A stretch of 64,000 nt of DNA. Source: Candidatus Bathyarchaeia archaeon (lineage in GTDB: Archaea; Thermoproteota; Bathyarchaeia; 40CM-2-53-6). Under the pieces are notes generated by a model. The model saw nothing but the letters and a program-made list of their open reading frames with translations, was not told the DNA's origin and ran no database searches. Below are positions 1 to 9,033 of this stretch, one piece after another. How positions within the stretch are numbered: position 1 is the first letter of the stretch; every line of letters starts with the position of its first letter. The stretch lies in the NCBI GenBank assembly GCA_049513715.1, contig JBEKVV010000004.1, forward strand, positions 1 through 64,000, read 5' to 3'. Position numbers and translations under genes: made by a program.

Positions 1-373
1 TGGATAACGGTTGCTTGGGCTTGAATGGCAGCAAGAGCGCCCCTTCTAACGTTTTGATTTTGAAGCCATAGCATGTTGTTAACTGCGGCCGCCGTGCGTA
101 AGGGTCCTTTATTTCCGGATTCTTCCTACTGGCTTTACGATAGTTTCCCAAGATACCGGTGGCCTTGCTGATTGCGCAGAGTTTGTAGTAGCTCATGGCA
201 TCGTAGGTTGCAAGTTGATCGTAAGCTTTCATGGAGAGTGACTTGAGGCTGGTCACATTCTCCGCAAGCCCAATCCGTACGCAGTCGTTAAGCATTTGGC
301 GGAACTGCTCAAGCATCTGGAGAATCTCAGGCCCGGGCGCGTAGTGCTGTTGAACCGCTTTGACCGCCCGCAT
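1..373 (-). mobile_element. tnpB: 5' part of IS200/IS605-family TnpB (Cas12f-like) RNA-guided nuclease gene, truncated by the window edge
   Basis: Not in the ORF track. Manual translation from ATG 373: MRAVKAVQQHYAPGPEILQMLEQFRQMLNDCVRIGLAENVTSLKSLSMKAYDQLATYDAMSYYKLCAISKATGILGNYRKASRKNPEIKDPY..., open to position 1. Resembles the N-terminus of archaeal TnpB proteins; the RuvC/Zn-ribbon part is outside the window. Confidence 0.7.
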
Positions 374-577
374 AACTTAGCCTCTACCATCCGGTATTTT
401 TAGGCAGGAGAGGTCAGTGAAAGCAATGAGCCGACAAGTTAACAGAACCCGCAGAAAGGCAATCAGATTCACCCGCGACAATCCCAGTTTCAGGCATATT
501 GAATCAATAGCGCTTATGCTCTCCCAGAATCCTGAAGGGTTTCAGATACGCTCGTGAGCTGATTGACGAGTTCTGGT

Positions 578-1000
578 TCAGCCTGTTCTTGTCGGCCTGA
601 ACTTTAGGCCGTATCGGATCATGCCTTCGTCTTCGTAGATCCTTCTGAAGGTCGCTTCAACCGGTAGTCCGATCTTGGGTTCTTCAGGTTTGCAGTCGGC
701 CAGTTGTGCGACGATCTTCGGTCCCTCATCCAGCTCCACCACAGCCACATAATACGAGCCGACGAGGTTTTGTTGGGTGGAGAATTCTGGGGGTGATCCG
801 CCCCGGGAGATCATCGTGTAGCAGTAAATCCTCCCTCTGCCACTCAGCTTCGTAGGCGTGAACTCGGCGCTTCCGCATTTGAGGCAGTTGATGGTTCTGG
901 GTAGGTTCACTGTGCCGCAGGAGTTGCATTTGGCTCCGATGAGCGCGTATCTTTGGGGGATTGATCGTGAGTAAGTTGGAATCGACACGTATGCCATCAT
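578..1000 (-). CDS. DUF35 Zn-ribbon/OB-fold protein (thiolase-associated)
   Basis: CNSC...CLKC Zn ribbon, G.IY.YT, VVELDEG, IG.PVEATFRR; downstream of a thiolase. Confidence 0.9.
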   Translation of the reverse strand: MMAYVSIPTYSRSIPQRYALIGAKCNSCGTVNLPRTINCLKCGSAEFTPTKLSGRGRIYCYTMISRGGSPPEFSTQQNLVGSYYVAVVELDEGPKIVAQLADCKPEEPKIGLPVEATFRRIYEDEGMIRYGLKFRPTRTG

Positions 1001-1013
1001 TAATCGCCTCTGA

Positions 1014-2042
1014 TCATGTTCTCCCGAGGAATCTTCGAAGCTTCAGGTAGGTTGAGTAATCCACGTACTCCTTTCTGGCAAGGTGGTCGTCGAATCCAAG
1101 CCCAGCGGCGGGTTTCATCTCTCCGTCGGCTACGACGCTTAGGGCGTCAGCGCCCGCGCCTGGTCCATAGGAGCAGAGGAGTACGCGTTGTTTGAAGGTT
1201 GAAGACTCGAGAACCTTGGAGAGAGCCAGAAGCGGTGACGCGGCGCCTGCATCGCCCACCTTCCCCGTGAACGCGCCCGGTGTTATCTTGCTGTCCTCGA
1301 AGCCCAGCTTTTTGCCCAGCTCAAGCGCCCTCCCCGGGTCAACTCCCTGGAGGACGAAGAAGCCATAATCCTTCGCTGATCGGCCTAACTGTTGCATGAG
1401 GCCCTTCACACAGGTTTGTATGGTGTCCTCGGATGAGGTTTCGTGGAAGCGGCCTAGATCCATTACGGTGAGGAAGAGGTCTCCGTTCCTTCTGAACCGT
1501 TCGCCGAGGCTCTCGCTGGTCACTGAGAACGATCCTTCCACAACTCCATTCACCAGGTCCCGCCCCACAATCACCGCAGCCGCCCCCGCACCGAGCTGAT
1601 GATCAAGCGGTCCAGTCGGATCTGCAGCTGGAGCGTCACTAGCCACGATCAAGCTCACCTTCCCCCTCCCCGAGCCAACATAATCCAGGCCGCTTAGCAG
1701 AGCGGCCAAACCGCACTTTGTTGACGACGCCAAATCCATGGTTGCTGTATCGCTTCTGCAGCCCAACGCGGTGGCCACGGTGCTTCCGTTCTGCTTCTCA
1801 GCATAGGGGGGTGAGGTTGTGGCGAAATACAGGGCGTCGATGTGCGAAGCGTCGAGTTTGGTGTTTCGCAGGGCGTTTGACGCGGCCTCGACGCCCATGG
1901 TTATTGGGTCTTCGTCAAAGTCGGTTACTGTTTTTTCTTCAAGCCATCTTGGCGCAAAGTATCCCCAGGCCTTCTGGTACTCGTCGCGTTTGATTCTCAG
2001 TCTGGGTAGGTAGACGCCGCAACCAATGATTCCTGCTGGCAT
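1014..2042 (-). CDS. HMG-CoA synthase-like (thiolase-fold) protein, apparently lacking the catalytic Glu/Cys/His
   Basis: GIIGCGVYLPRLRI, DEDPITMGVEAA, GAGAAA, SYGPGAGADA, YVDYSTYLK match archaeal HMGS; the ESHPY, ACK and HQPN positions read TSPPY, STK and LQGV. Confidence 0.85.
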   Translation of the reverse strand: MPAGIIGCGVYLPRLRIKRDEYQKAWGYFAPRWLEEKTVTDFDEDPITMGVEAASNALRNTKLDASHIDALYFATTSPPYAEKQNGSTVATALGCRSDTATMDLASSTKCGLAALLSGLDYVGSGRGKVSLIVASDAPAADPTGPLDHQLGAGAAAVIVGRDLVNGVVEGSFSVTSESLGERFRRNGDLFLTVMDLGRFHETSSEDTIQTCVKGLMQQLGRSAKDYGFFVLQGVDPGRALELGKKLGFEDSKITPGAFTGKVGDAGAASPLLALSKVLESSTFKQRVLLCSYGPGAGADALSVVADGEMKPAAGLGFDDHLARKEYVDYSTYLKLRRFLGRT

Positions 2043-2057
2043 TTCTTGCTTGGCACC

Positions 2058-3224
2058 TCATAATCCTAGAATGTGCACAGTTGCCGTGGCCCCCGAGCCG
2101 CCCACATTCTGCGCTAATCCGAATCGTGCGTTTGGAACCTGCCTAGCTTTCTTCTCAGCCTTGCCGCGTAGCTGGTTTGTGATCTCACAAATCTGCCCAA
2201 CACCCGTCGCACCGATCGGATGCCCCTTCGCCTTCAGGCCGCCACTCGCATTGACCGCTACGCGCCCGCCGATGTACGTTTGGCCTTCCTCAATCAACTT
2301 GCCCCCCTCACCCTTCTCGCAGAATCCCAGATCCTCGTAGGCCATGATCTCGGCAATGGTGAAGCAGTCGTGGACCTCGGCTAGGCTGATGTCCTTAGGC
2401 TCCAAGTGCGCCATCCCATAGGCTTGCTTGGCCGCGTGTACGGTGGCTTTGAGAGTTGCAAAGTCCTCCCTCCGAAACAGTGCCAGCCGATCCGTCCCTG
2501 CCCCGACCCCAAGTACTCGTACTGGCGTGTCCGTGAACTTACGCGCTATCCCCGCCTCGCAGAGGATCGCGGCTGAGGCGCCGTCGGAGGTGGGGCAGCA
2601 GTCGAACAGTCGAAGCGGGTGGCAGACGGTTGCTGACTTGTTAGCTTGATCGAGCGTTATGGCTCGCTGCAGATGGGCTTTTGGATTGTCGGCGCCGTAC
2701 TTGTGGTTCTTGACGGCGACCATGTGCAGCTGCTCCTCCCTGGTGCCGTATTGATGCATATGTCTCTGAGCCATTAGGGCGTAGACTCCGGCGAAGGTCA
2801 TCCCAGCAAGCCGTTCCCATTCCGTGTCCCCCGACACCCCCAGCCAGTAACGCAATCTATCCGGGGTTAGGTCGCGCATCTTCTCAACCCCCCCAGCCAG
2901 CGCCACATCGCACACGCCCGAGGCGACGGCAAGGAAGGCGGAGCGGAAAGCGAAGCCGCTTGATGCGCAGGCGTTCTCAACACGGGTTATGGGAATTCCC
3001 GTAATCTTGGCGGCCTCGCCTACGACCGCCGAAAAGTTCCCCAACTGCCCACCCCCAACACCAAGCGTCCCAACGTAGGCTTCCTGAATCAGCTTCAGAT
3101 CAAAGCCCTTGTCGGCGTTCGCGACGGCTTCGGTGAATGCTTGTGCGAAGAGTTCTCCAGAGGATAGGTTGGGGTGGTCTCCGAACTTGGTCTGACCGAC
3201 GCCGACTATTGCGACTTGGCGCAT
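2058..3224 (-). CDS. Acetyl-CoA C-acyltransferase (SCP2-type/archaeal thiolase)
   Basis: ENACASSG (catalytic Cys), EVHDCFT, GHPIGATG. Confidence 0.93.
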   Translation of the reverse strand: MRQVAIVGVGQTKFGDHPNLSSGELFAQAFTEAVANADKGFDLKLIQEAYVGTLGVGGGQLGNFSAVVGEAAKITGIPITRVENACASSGFAFRSAFLAVASGVCDVALAGGVEKMRDLTPDRLRYWLGVSGDTEWERLAGMTFAGVYALMAQRHMHQYGTREEQLHMVAVKNHKYGADNPKAHLQRAITLDQANKSATVCHPLRLFDCCPTSDGASAAILCEAGIARKFTDTPVRVLGVGAGTDRLALFRREDFATLKATVHAAKQAYGMAHLEPKDISLAEVHDCFTIAEIMAYEDLGFCEKGEGGKLIEEGQTYIGGRVAVNASGGLKAKGHPIGATGVGQICEITNQLRGKAEKKARQVPNARFGLAQNVGGSGATATVHILGL

Positions 3225-3238
3225 TCCCCATGCCTCCT

Positions 3239-4027
3239 CTAGGCGACTGCCTTCTTCAGGAAGATCCCCTGCGGATCCAAATCTTTCCTGAGAATCTCAA
3301 CTTCCTCCAGGGTTGGTGGCTCCGTCTCTTTCACGTTCGGCGCGAGCTTCAGATTCCAACCAGTGTTCTGTTTCACCTGATCCAACGAAAGCCCTGGATG
3401 GTAGCTGTCCAGGTACATCTCCTTGGATTTCTCATCAAACCTTAGCACTCCCATGGTTGTGATCACCGCAGACGGTCCCCCGCTCAGGCCGGCTTGGGTT
3501 CTGGTGTTGGTTCCCTGGAGAAAGCCTGGACTAGTTATGAAATCCACCTTCTCAACCATCCTCCGCTTCTCATGCGGGGTGATTATCACTATACGTTTTG
3601 AGAGGCCTGCAATCTCGCAACCTCCCCCACTCCCCGGCAGCCGCACCTTCGGCTTGCTATAATCCCCGATCACAGTTGAGTTAATGTTCCCAAACTTGTC
3701 GACTTGGGCTCCTCCGACGAAACCTACGTCGATGAAGCCCCGTTGAAGGAGCATTGAGAAGGTTTCATAGAAGTTGAAGATCCCATACGTGCCGCTTACC
3801 AGGGTTGGGTCTCCAATCGAGAGCGGCAGGCGCTTAGGCCTAGTGCCCACAACCCCTGACTCGTAGATCAGGGTTAGGTTGGGGGCGTGGGTTCGCTGCG
3901 CCAACAACGCACCCAACTGGGGTATGCCGATTCCAACGAACACGACCTCATGATCCTTCAGCTCCCGGGACGCGGCTGCAACCATTAACTCTTGGAACGA
4001 GAATTCCCTAGCGTAATTCTTGCTCAT
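3239..4027 (-). CDS. Family I CoA-transferase beta subunit (glutaconate CoA-transferase-like)
   Basis: VFVGIGIP, IYESG (catalytic Glu), GAQVDKFGNINST, LPGSGG; start taken at MSKNY (4027). Confidence 0.88.
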   Translation of the reverse strand: MSKNYAREFSFQELMVAAASRELKDHEVVFVGIGIPQLGALLAQRTHAPNLTLIYESGVVGTRPKRLPLSIGDPTLVSGTYGIFNFYETFSMLLQRGFIDVGFVGGAQVDKFGNINSTVIGDYSKPKVRLPGSGGGCEIAGLSKRIVIITPHEKRRMVEKVDFITSPGFLQGTNTRTQAGLSGGPSAVITTMGVLRFDEKSKEMYLDSYHPGLSLDQVKQNTGWNLKLAPNVKETEPPTLEEVEILRKDLDPQGIFLKKAVA

Positions 4028-4037
4028 GGCTTCCACC

Positions 4038-4958
4038 TTATCCGAAGTAACCGTAATCCACCGGAGCACTGTAGTACGATCGCGTCTTCAGGCTGACCAT
4101 GCGTTCAGTGCCCAGATGCTTCAAGTACTCTTTCCTGTCCGAGATGCTGAATACCCATTCCTGGAGGAATTTTTCGTGCTCCTCTCGGGTGCGTGTGCGA
4201 TTCTCGTAGTCCATGTAGTATTGGTTGTCGCGGTCGTAGTATCCTTGCGAGTAGGACGGGTGCGCACCCCAAGGCTCCTCGATCACCGCGTCCACGTGAA
4301 ACCCTGGAATGATGGTTCTGTTTGGATCCCTGCGAATGATCTCTGAATCAACAATCTCCTCTACTGAAATGATCACGTGCTCGCTTGCCATAGCGATCTC
4401 CCTGTTGGATCCCACGATTCCCCACATCTGCATGTTTCCCTCCCGATCCGCTCTCTGCCCGTGGATAATAGCCACGTCCGGGTTGATCGCCTTCACCAAG
4501 CAGATCTTCTTGCCTGTGAAGGGGCAGTCGATCGTCTTGAAGACATCCGTATGCCCGGCCAAGTCCGAGGCCAGCACGGGTGCGGTGACGGGCATGAAGG
4601 GCAGACCGCTTGCGCCGGCGAGATACCGAGCGCCGGTGATGAAGTGCGTATACTCCTCAATCGTGACCGGGTGGGGGATCTGATGCTCAACAGCCCTTCT
4701 GAAGGCGTGCAATGAGCCGACGCCCGGATTGCCAGCCCAACTGAACATCAGTTTGTCGATGCAACCTGCAGCAAGAAGCTGATCCACGATGAGATCCGGA
4801 GTCTCCTTGCAAACTGCAAGATGCCTCTTACCCTGCCTGATCATCTCATGGCCGATGGCGAAGGGGATCCCGTGTGTGAATCCGCCAAAGCACACAAGCT
4901 GCCCATCCTTCAAGAATTTCTCCACCGCTTCCTTGCTCATCATTACTTGCGCTGGCAT
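4038..4958 (-). CDS. Family I CoA-transferase alpha subunit (glutaconate CoA-transferase-like)
   Basis: GASGLPFMP, CPFTG, PDVAIIHGQRADREGN, PWGAHPS. Confidence 0.88.
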   Translation of the reverse strand: MPAQVMMSKEAVEKFLKDGQLVCFGGFTHGIPFAIGHEMIRQGKRHLAVCKETPDLIVDQLLAAGCIDKLMFSWAGNPGVGSLHAFRRAVEHQIPHPVTIEEYTHFITGARYLAGASGLPFMPVTAPVLASDLAGHTDVFKTIDCPFTGKKICLVKAINPDVAIIHGQRADREGNMQMWGIVGSNREIAMASEHVIISVEEIVDSEIIRRDPNRTIIPGFHVDAVIEEPWGAHPSYSQGYYDRDNQYYMDYENRTRTREEHEKFLQEWVFSISDRKEYLKHLGTERMVSLKTRSYYSAPVDYGYFG

Positions 4959-4974
4959 TTTGCTGGTCTTCTCC

Positions 4975-5868
4975 TCATTCCAGTGCTGGGGTTCCTTCGG
5001 TTCGCTTGATCTGGTTGAACCTGTCGCGGATTCGCTTGGTCATCGCACCCTCGCCGCCATCACCCACAATCCTGGCATCGATTTCCACCAGGGGCTGGAT
5101 CTCAAGCGAGGTTGAGGCGAAGAACGCCTCATCGGCATTGTAGAGATCATGCAACGTCAACTCCTTCTCCTCCGAACGAATGCCCAGCTCAGCAGCGATC
5201 TCCAATACGACTTGTCGGGTAATTCCTGCTAGAACGCTGGAGTGGAGCGGCGCCGTCAGCAGCAGATTGTTCCGGAACAGGAACAGATTGTCACCCGTCC
5301 CCTCCGAGACGAAGCCTCTCCAGTCAAGCATGATCGCCTCGTCGAGGCCTGCGTAATTTGCCTGCTGTTTGGCAAGCACGTTGTTCAAGTAGTTCAGCGT
5401 TTTAGCGGCCGCTGGCAGGCAGTAGGACGGAGTACGCCGGATCGAGGACACGATCGCTCTCGCGGGCTTCCTGCCGGCTGTGAGCAGTGGGTAACTTTCA
5501 GCGTTCTGGGGAATTATAATGACCGTCGGCTTTTCGCAGTTCTTTGGATCCAACCCCAACTTGCCAACGCCGCGCGTGACCACCGGCCGAATGTACCCCT
5601 CTCTCAATCGATTCCTCCTCACAGTCTCCACCACCGCGGCTCTGAACTGGTCGACGGTGAGAGGGATGCGCAAGCCAATCGTCTTAGCCGACTCGTACAT
5701 CCTCTTCAAGTGCTCGTCGAGCCTGAAGACTCTGCCGCCGTAAACGCAGATCCCCTCGAATATTCCATCCCCGTACAGAAGCCCGTGGTCGAAGACTGAA
5801 ATCTTCGCGTCACCACTCGAATAGAACGCCCCGTCAACGTACACCTGCGCGTTCGAAGCCGACTTCAA
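4975..5868 (-). CDS. ilvE: Branched-chain amino acid aminotransferase (PLP class IV)
   Basis: DHGLLYGDGIFEG, AKTLNY (PLP Lys), EGTGDN, LAGITR. Confidence 0.85.
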   Translation of the reverse strand: MKSASNAQVYVDGAFYSSGDAKISVFDHGLLYGDGIFEGICVYGGRVFRLDEHLKRMYESAKTIGLRIPLTVDQFRAAVVETVRRNRLREGYIRPVVTRGVGKLGLDPKNCEKPTVIIIPQNAESYPLLTAGRKPARAIVSSIRRTPSYCLPAAAKTLNYLNNVLAKQQANYAGLDEAIMLDWRGFVSEGTGDNLFLFRNNLLLTAPLHSSVLAGITRQVVLEIAAELGIRSEEKELTLHDLYNADEAFFASTSLEIQPLVEIDARIVGDGGEGAMTKRIRDRFNQIKRTEGTPALE

Positions 5869-6175
5869 GAATGACTCCTACGACGCGGACTTGTCATACG
5901 ATGAATTTGTAGTTTGCTTGTTATCGTTAATTCTGTAGGTGAACGCACATTCTCTCAACATATCGCACGGCTGAAAAATTGTGGGCATGCGTTTTCTCTA
6001 TTCTCTAGATGAACATTTTCTCTATATCGAAGTACAAAATATGTACCCGGTGGCTTCATTCGCTGAGGGAAATCCGTGGCTGGAGAGAGTCAGAGAGTCC
6101 TTTACCACACAACTCTCCTCAAGGAGGATAACACTAGAAGTGACCGTTGGAACTGGCAACTAAGATTCGTGAGTC

Positions 6176-7450
6176 TCATACGTGGCCAGTGAGTAATACT
6201 TCTCTGGCGACGGTCTCATGAAGCTTTACAGGAGCGCCCAATTCGGTCGTCATTTTGAGGAATGTTCCTGGGTCAAGGCATTCTGCGCAGATTACTCCTT
6301 TCTCATCAGCCCCCTTTACACAAATCTTCGCTCCTACAACAGCTGGTAGCGCGACGTCGATCATTGTGGTTCCAAGTTTCTCGTATACCGATGTTTTTTC
6401 TTCTGGTGTTATGAGGGAGGGCCAAGGAGTAGATACAGTGTATTGGACTTTTTCGCCTGAGTGAGTTCCTTCTACTTCCACGACCGTGCAGTATACTTCA
6501 CGAGGCGGCAGTTTGGAGCTGCTTTCATTCTCGGCCAGGAACGCGTTAACTGGAGGGCGCACCAACTTCAGGAGAACCTCCCTCGGAACTACTTTCACCC
6601 CACCAACGTCCACTGTATCTGGGCTAGCAAACCCCATCTTGACAAAGGCCCCTGCTAGGGTATCCAAGGGATACTTGAAGTCACAATACGTGACCCCCTT
6701 GCCTATGAAATGCGGTAGCGTAATGGGCTCTTGGTGTTGATGATAAGTCAGCAAAATCGACCCGACTGGGTCAGGAAAGTGATATTCCTCTGGGCAAGCG
6801 AAGAGAGGATATTTCTTGTATTGCCCCTCTTCAAAGATTGTTGGTTCAACGGCGTATCCCCAGAGGGCTCTGAAGGGAGACCAAGTTGGTGCCCATGCAC
6901 TCACGACCTCGTTGGATGGGTTCATAGGTCGGTCTCCAAGGCGGATACGTATTTTGTCAACCGTATCCAACTTGTCGCAGACGAACCGTGTGATCACGTT
7001 TACCATTCCAGGTGAAATCCCGCATCCAAGAATCGCAGTCAATCCCGCATCTTTGAACTCTTTGTCAAAGGAGATCGGCCGCCTCTCGATTATTTGCGCG
7101 AGGATGTTGTCTTTTGCCCGTATATCCAGTAGGGTTGGTTCGCCGAAGGATGTGTCAACGTAGTTCGCACCGCTTCTTAGGGCGGCTTCCATTATGATCA
7201 TATTATACGCTGTCAGAGTCAGATTGATGATAACATCGGCCCCTTCGGCTGCCCGAACCACGTCGTCAACGTTTCCAGCGTCTAGCTTGACGGTCGCTAT
7301 CTTGTCACTTCCAACCCTCTTGGCTACTCTCCTAACCAGTTCTGGGTTCACATCAGCTAGGACAATTTCTGATGTGTCATGATCTCTCGCGAGAATTGAG
7401 GCACACGGACCACCTTGTGCCCCAGCCCCTATGACGAGAACTCTCGTCAT
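6176..7450 (-). CDS. Saccharopine dehydrogenase family oxidoreductase (paralog 1)
   Basis: GAGAQG Rossmann motif, NYVD, GCGISPG, TWS, HQEP. Confidence 0.85.
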   Translation of the reverse strand: MTRVLVIGAGAQGGPCASILARDHDTSEIVLADVNPELVRRVAKRVGSDKIATVKLDAGNVDDVVRAAEGADVIINLTLTAYNMIIMEAALRSGANYVDTSFGEPTLLDIRAKDNILAQIIERRPISFDKEFKDAGLTAILGCGISPGMVNVITRFVCDKLDTVDKIRIRLGDRPMNPSNEVVSAWAPTWSPFRALWGYAVEPTIFEEGQYKKYPLFACPEEYHFPDPVGSILLTYHQHQEPITLPHFIGKGVTYCDFKYPLDTLAGAFVKMGFASPDTVDVGGVKVVPREVLLKLVRPPVNAFLAENESSSKLPPREVYCTVVEVEGTHSGEKVQYTVSTPWPSLITPEEKTSVYEKLGTTMIDVALPAVVGAKICVKGADEKGVICAECLDPGTFLKMTTELGAPVKLHETVAREVLLTGHV

Positions 7451-7758
7451 GATAATCACCTTTCACGAAACACACGAAAGGTAAAAGACTGTTTGCTACC
7501 TACCGAAAGTGACTGCGATGCCATCGGATCCTAGCCAATCAGGAACTATCCGAAGCTGCAGAAAGAAAAGCGAAAGACAGGGGATTGAGGGAAGTTGAGG
7601 TGCGTCTGGTATGTGAAACCTGCTCTCGCATCCGATTCCACGCGCTTGGAACGTACGGCGCGCAATCTGAATCTGCGATTTTGGTTTCGGAAGGGCCAGT
7701 CAATTCTAATATAGCCGCCTAATGTTGCCTGCGATGATACCCCGGAAGCATTTCATGA

Positions 7759-7914
7759 AGGAGAATCAATCGGCTTGCTTAAGCTAAAGTCGTGTCATGA
7801 CTACCGAGCTCAACAGCAGGGAAGATCATGGACGCCGTTGACAGTTTGTACATGTCAGAGGCAGACGACGAATTGTAAGGACCTGACATGCAGGAATTGG
7901 TCGATATAGCAGAA
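7759..7914 (+). pseudogene. Degenerate remnant of the promoter and first codons of an OCD/mu-crystallin paralog
   Basis: 7837-7914 translates VDSLYMSEADDEL*GPDMQELVDIAE versus VDVLYVSEKDAQSSGLDMREAIEIAE of 11618.. (14/26 identical, one TAA); upstream 7759-7792 matches 11551-11583 at 26/34 positions. Confidence 0.65.
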
Positions 7915-7967
7915 CCGGAACCACAAGACCTCACGCAAGCTAGCGGCGGCGTCGTGGATGCGAGCGC

Positions 7968-8825
7968 ATGAACGGAGTAGCTTCGATACTTTACGCAGTA
8001 ACGTCGATGGTTGGTTTCGGACTAGCTGATTTTTTCGCGAAGACAATAGTGTCGAAAACCAGCGCTTACAGAACCGTACTGATTTCTCAAACCATCGGCT
8101 CAATCCCTTTTCTAGGCCTAACGCTTCTCTATGACTTTGCCCTTCCAGATGGCCCCCTTCTGCTTTTGACTATCCTCTCGGGAGCGCTTTCTTCCCTCTA
8201 TTTGCTCTCGTTCTACAAAGCGCTAAGTTTGGGCAAGGCAAGTCTCGTCTCACCTGTAAGCTCCTGCCTGGTGGTTGTCGCCTTGGCATTATCAGTCACG
8301 GTCCTAGGAGAAAGACTCACACTTTCACAAGCACTGGCCATTGCAGTTGTGTTGGGTGGAATCTTGCTCATCGCTCTGCAGAGAGGTACACCGCGGACGG
8401 CAGCCTCTAACGCGAGTATCGTGCTATCGCTGGTTGTCGTGTTCGGCGCAGGGACCAACGCGATTATTCAGAAATGGATTGTCCTGAGCGGGCATATTCT
8501 GCTTGGTTTTCTGTTAACTCGGTTCGTTATGCTGTCCTTCTTGGTCGCATTCTTTCCTGTTTTCTACAAGGAGAAGACGGCGGCAGTTTCAACCGGTTAT
8601 TCGCGGCTGGCTTTGCTGGGATTGATAGACGTATTTGCCTTCTTTGCTTGGTTTTTGGGTCTCAGTGAAGGGTTCGTCTCTATAGTTGCGCCCATAACAA
8701 ATTCCTCTTCCGTAATCACCATTATTCTCGCGTACACCTTTCTCAAGGAGCGCGTACATCTGTACCAATGGATAGGCATCATCACAATCATTCTCGGAAT
8801 CGCCTTATTGTCAGCAATATCGTAA
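7968..8825 (+). CDS. EamA/DMT family transporter
   Basis: About 10 hydrophobic segments, two EamA repeats (FYKALSLGKASLVSPV; GFVSIVAPI...FLKER). Confidence 0.9.
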   Translation: MNGVASILYAVTSMVGFGLADFFAKTIVSKTSAYRTVLISQTIGSIPFLGLTLLYDFALPDGPLLLLTILSGALSSLYLLSFYKALSLGKASLVSPVSSCLVVVALALSVTVLGERLTLSQALAIAVVLGGILLIALQRGTPRTAASNASIVLSLVVVFGAGTNAIIQKWIVLSGHILLGFLLTRFVMLSFLVAFFPVFYKEKTAAVSTGYSRLALLGLIDVFAFFAWFLGLSEGFVSIVAPITNSSSVITIILAYTFLKERVHLYQWIGIITIILGIALLSAIS

Positions 8826-9033
8826 TCAACTCCACCATACTCTATCCGAGTTGCTTCTTCGAATAGTGCCTTCATACGAAGATCTCCGAACGAACTACGC
8901 GACAGAACGAGTCTTTCAGATCCAGATCAATCTTCGCTGCAGCCATATACTGTTATTATCGTACTTACGAACATCATTTTACCCAACCGTCTCATCTCGA
9001 TCCTGTATGTGAGCCACAGGAGTCGTTGATGTC

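Noticed and set aside
1014..3224. Mevalonate pathway operon
   Set aside because: The HMGS catalytic residues appear absent and the context is CoA-transferase/aminotransferase rather than isoprenoid genes.
5242..5799. Long antisense/alternate-frame ORFs (also 9345-9983, 10190-10714, 55865-56506 and many others)
   Set aside because: They are shadows of well-supported genes on the other strand or frame, with no motifs of their own.
5981..6163. 60-aa ORF whose end (FTTQLSSRRITL) resembles the C-termini of the SDH paralogs
   Set aside because: Only a few residues match, which cannot be separated from chance by eye.
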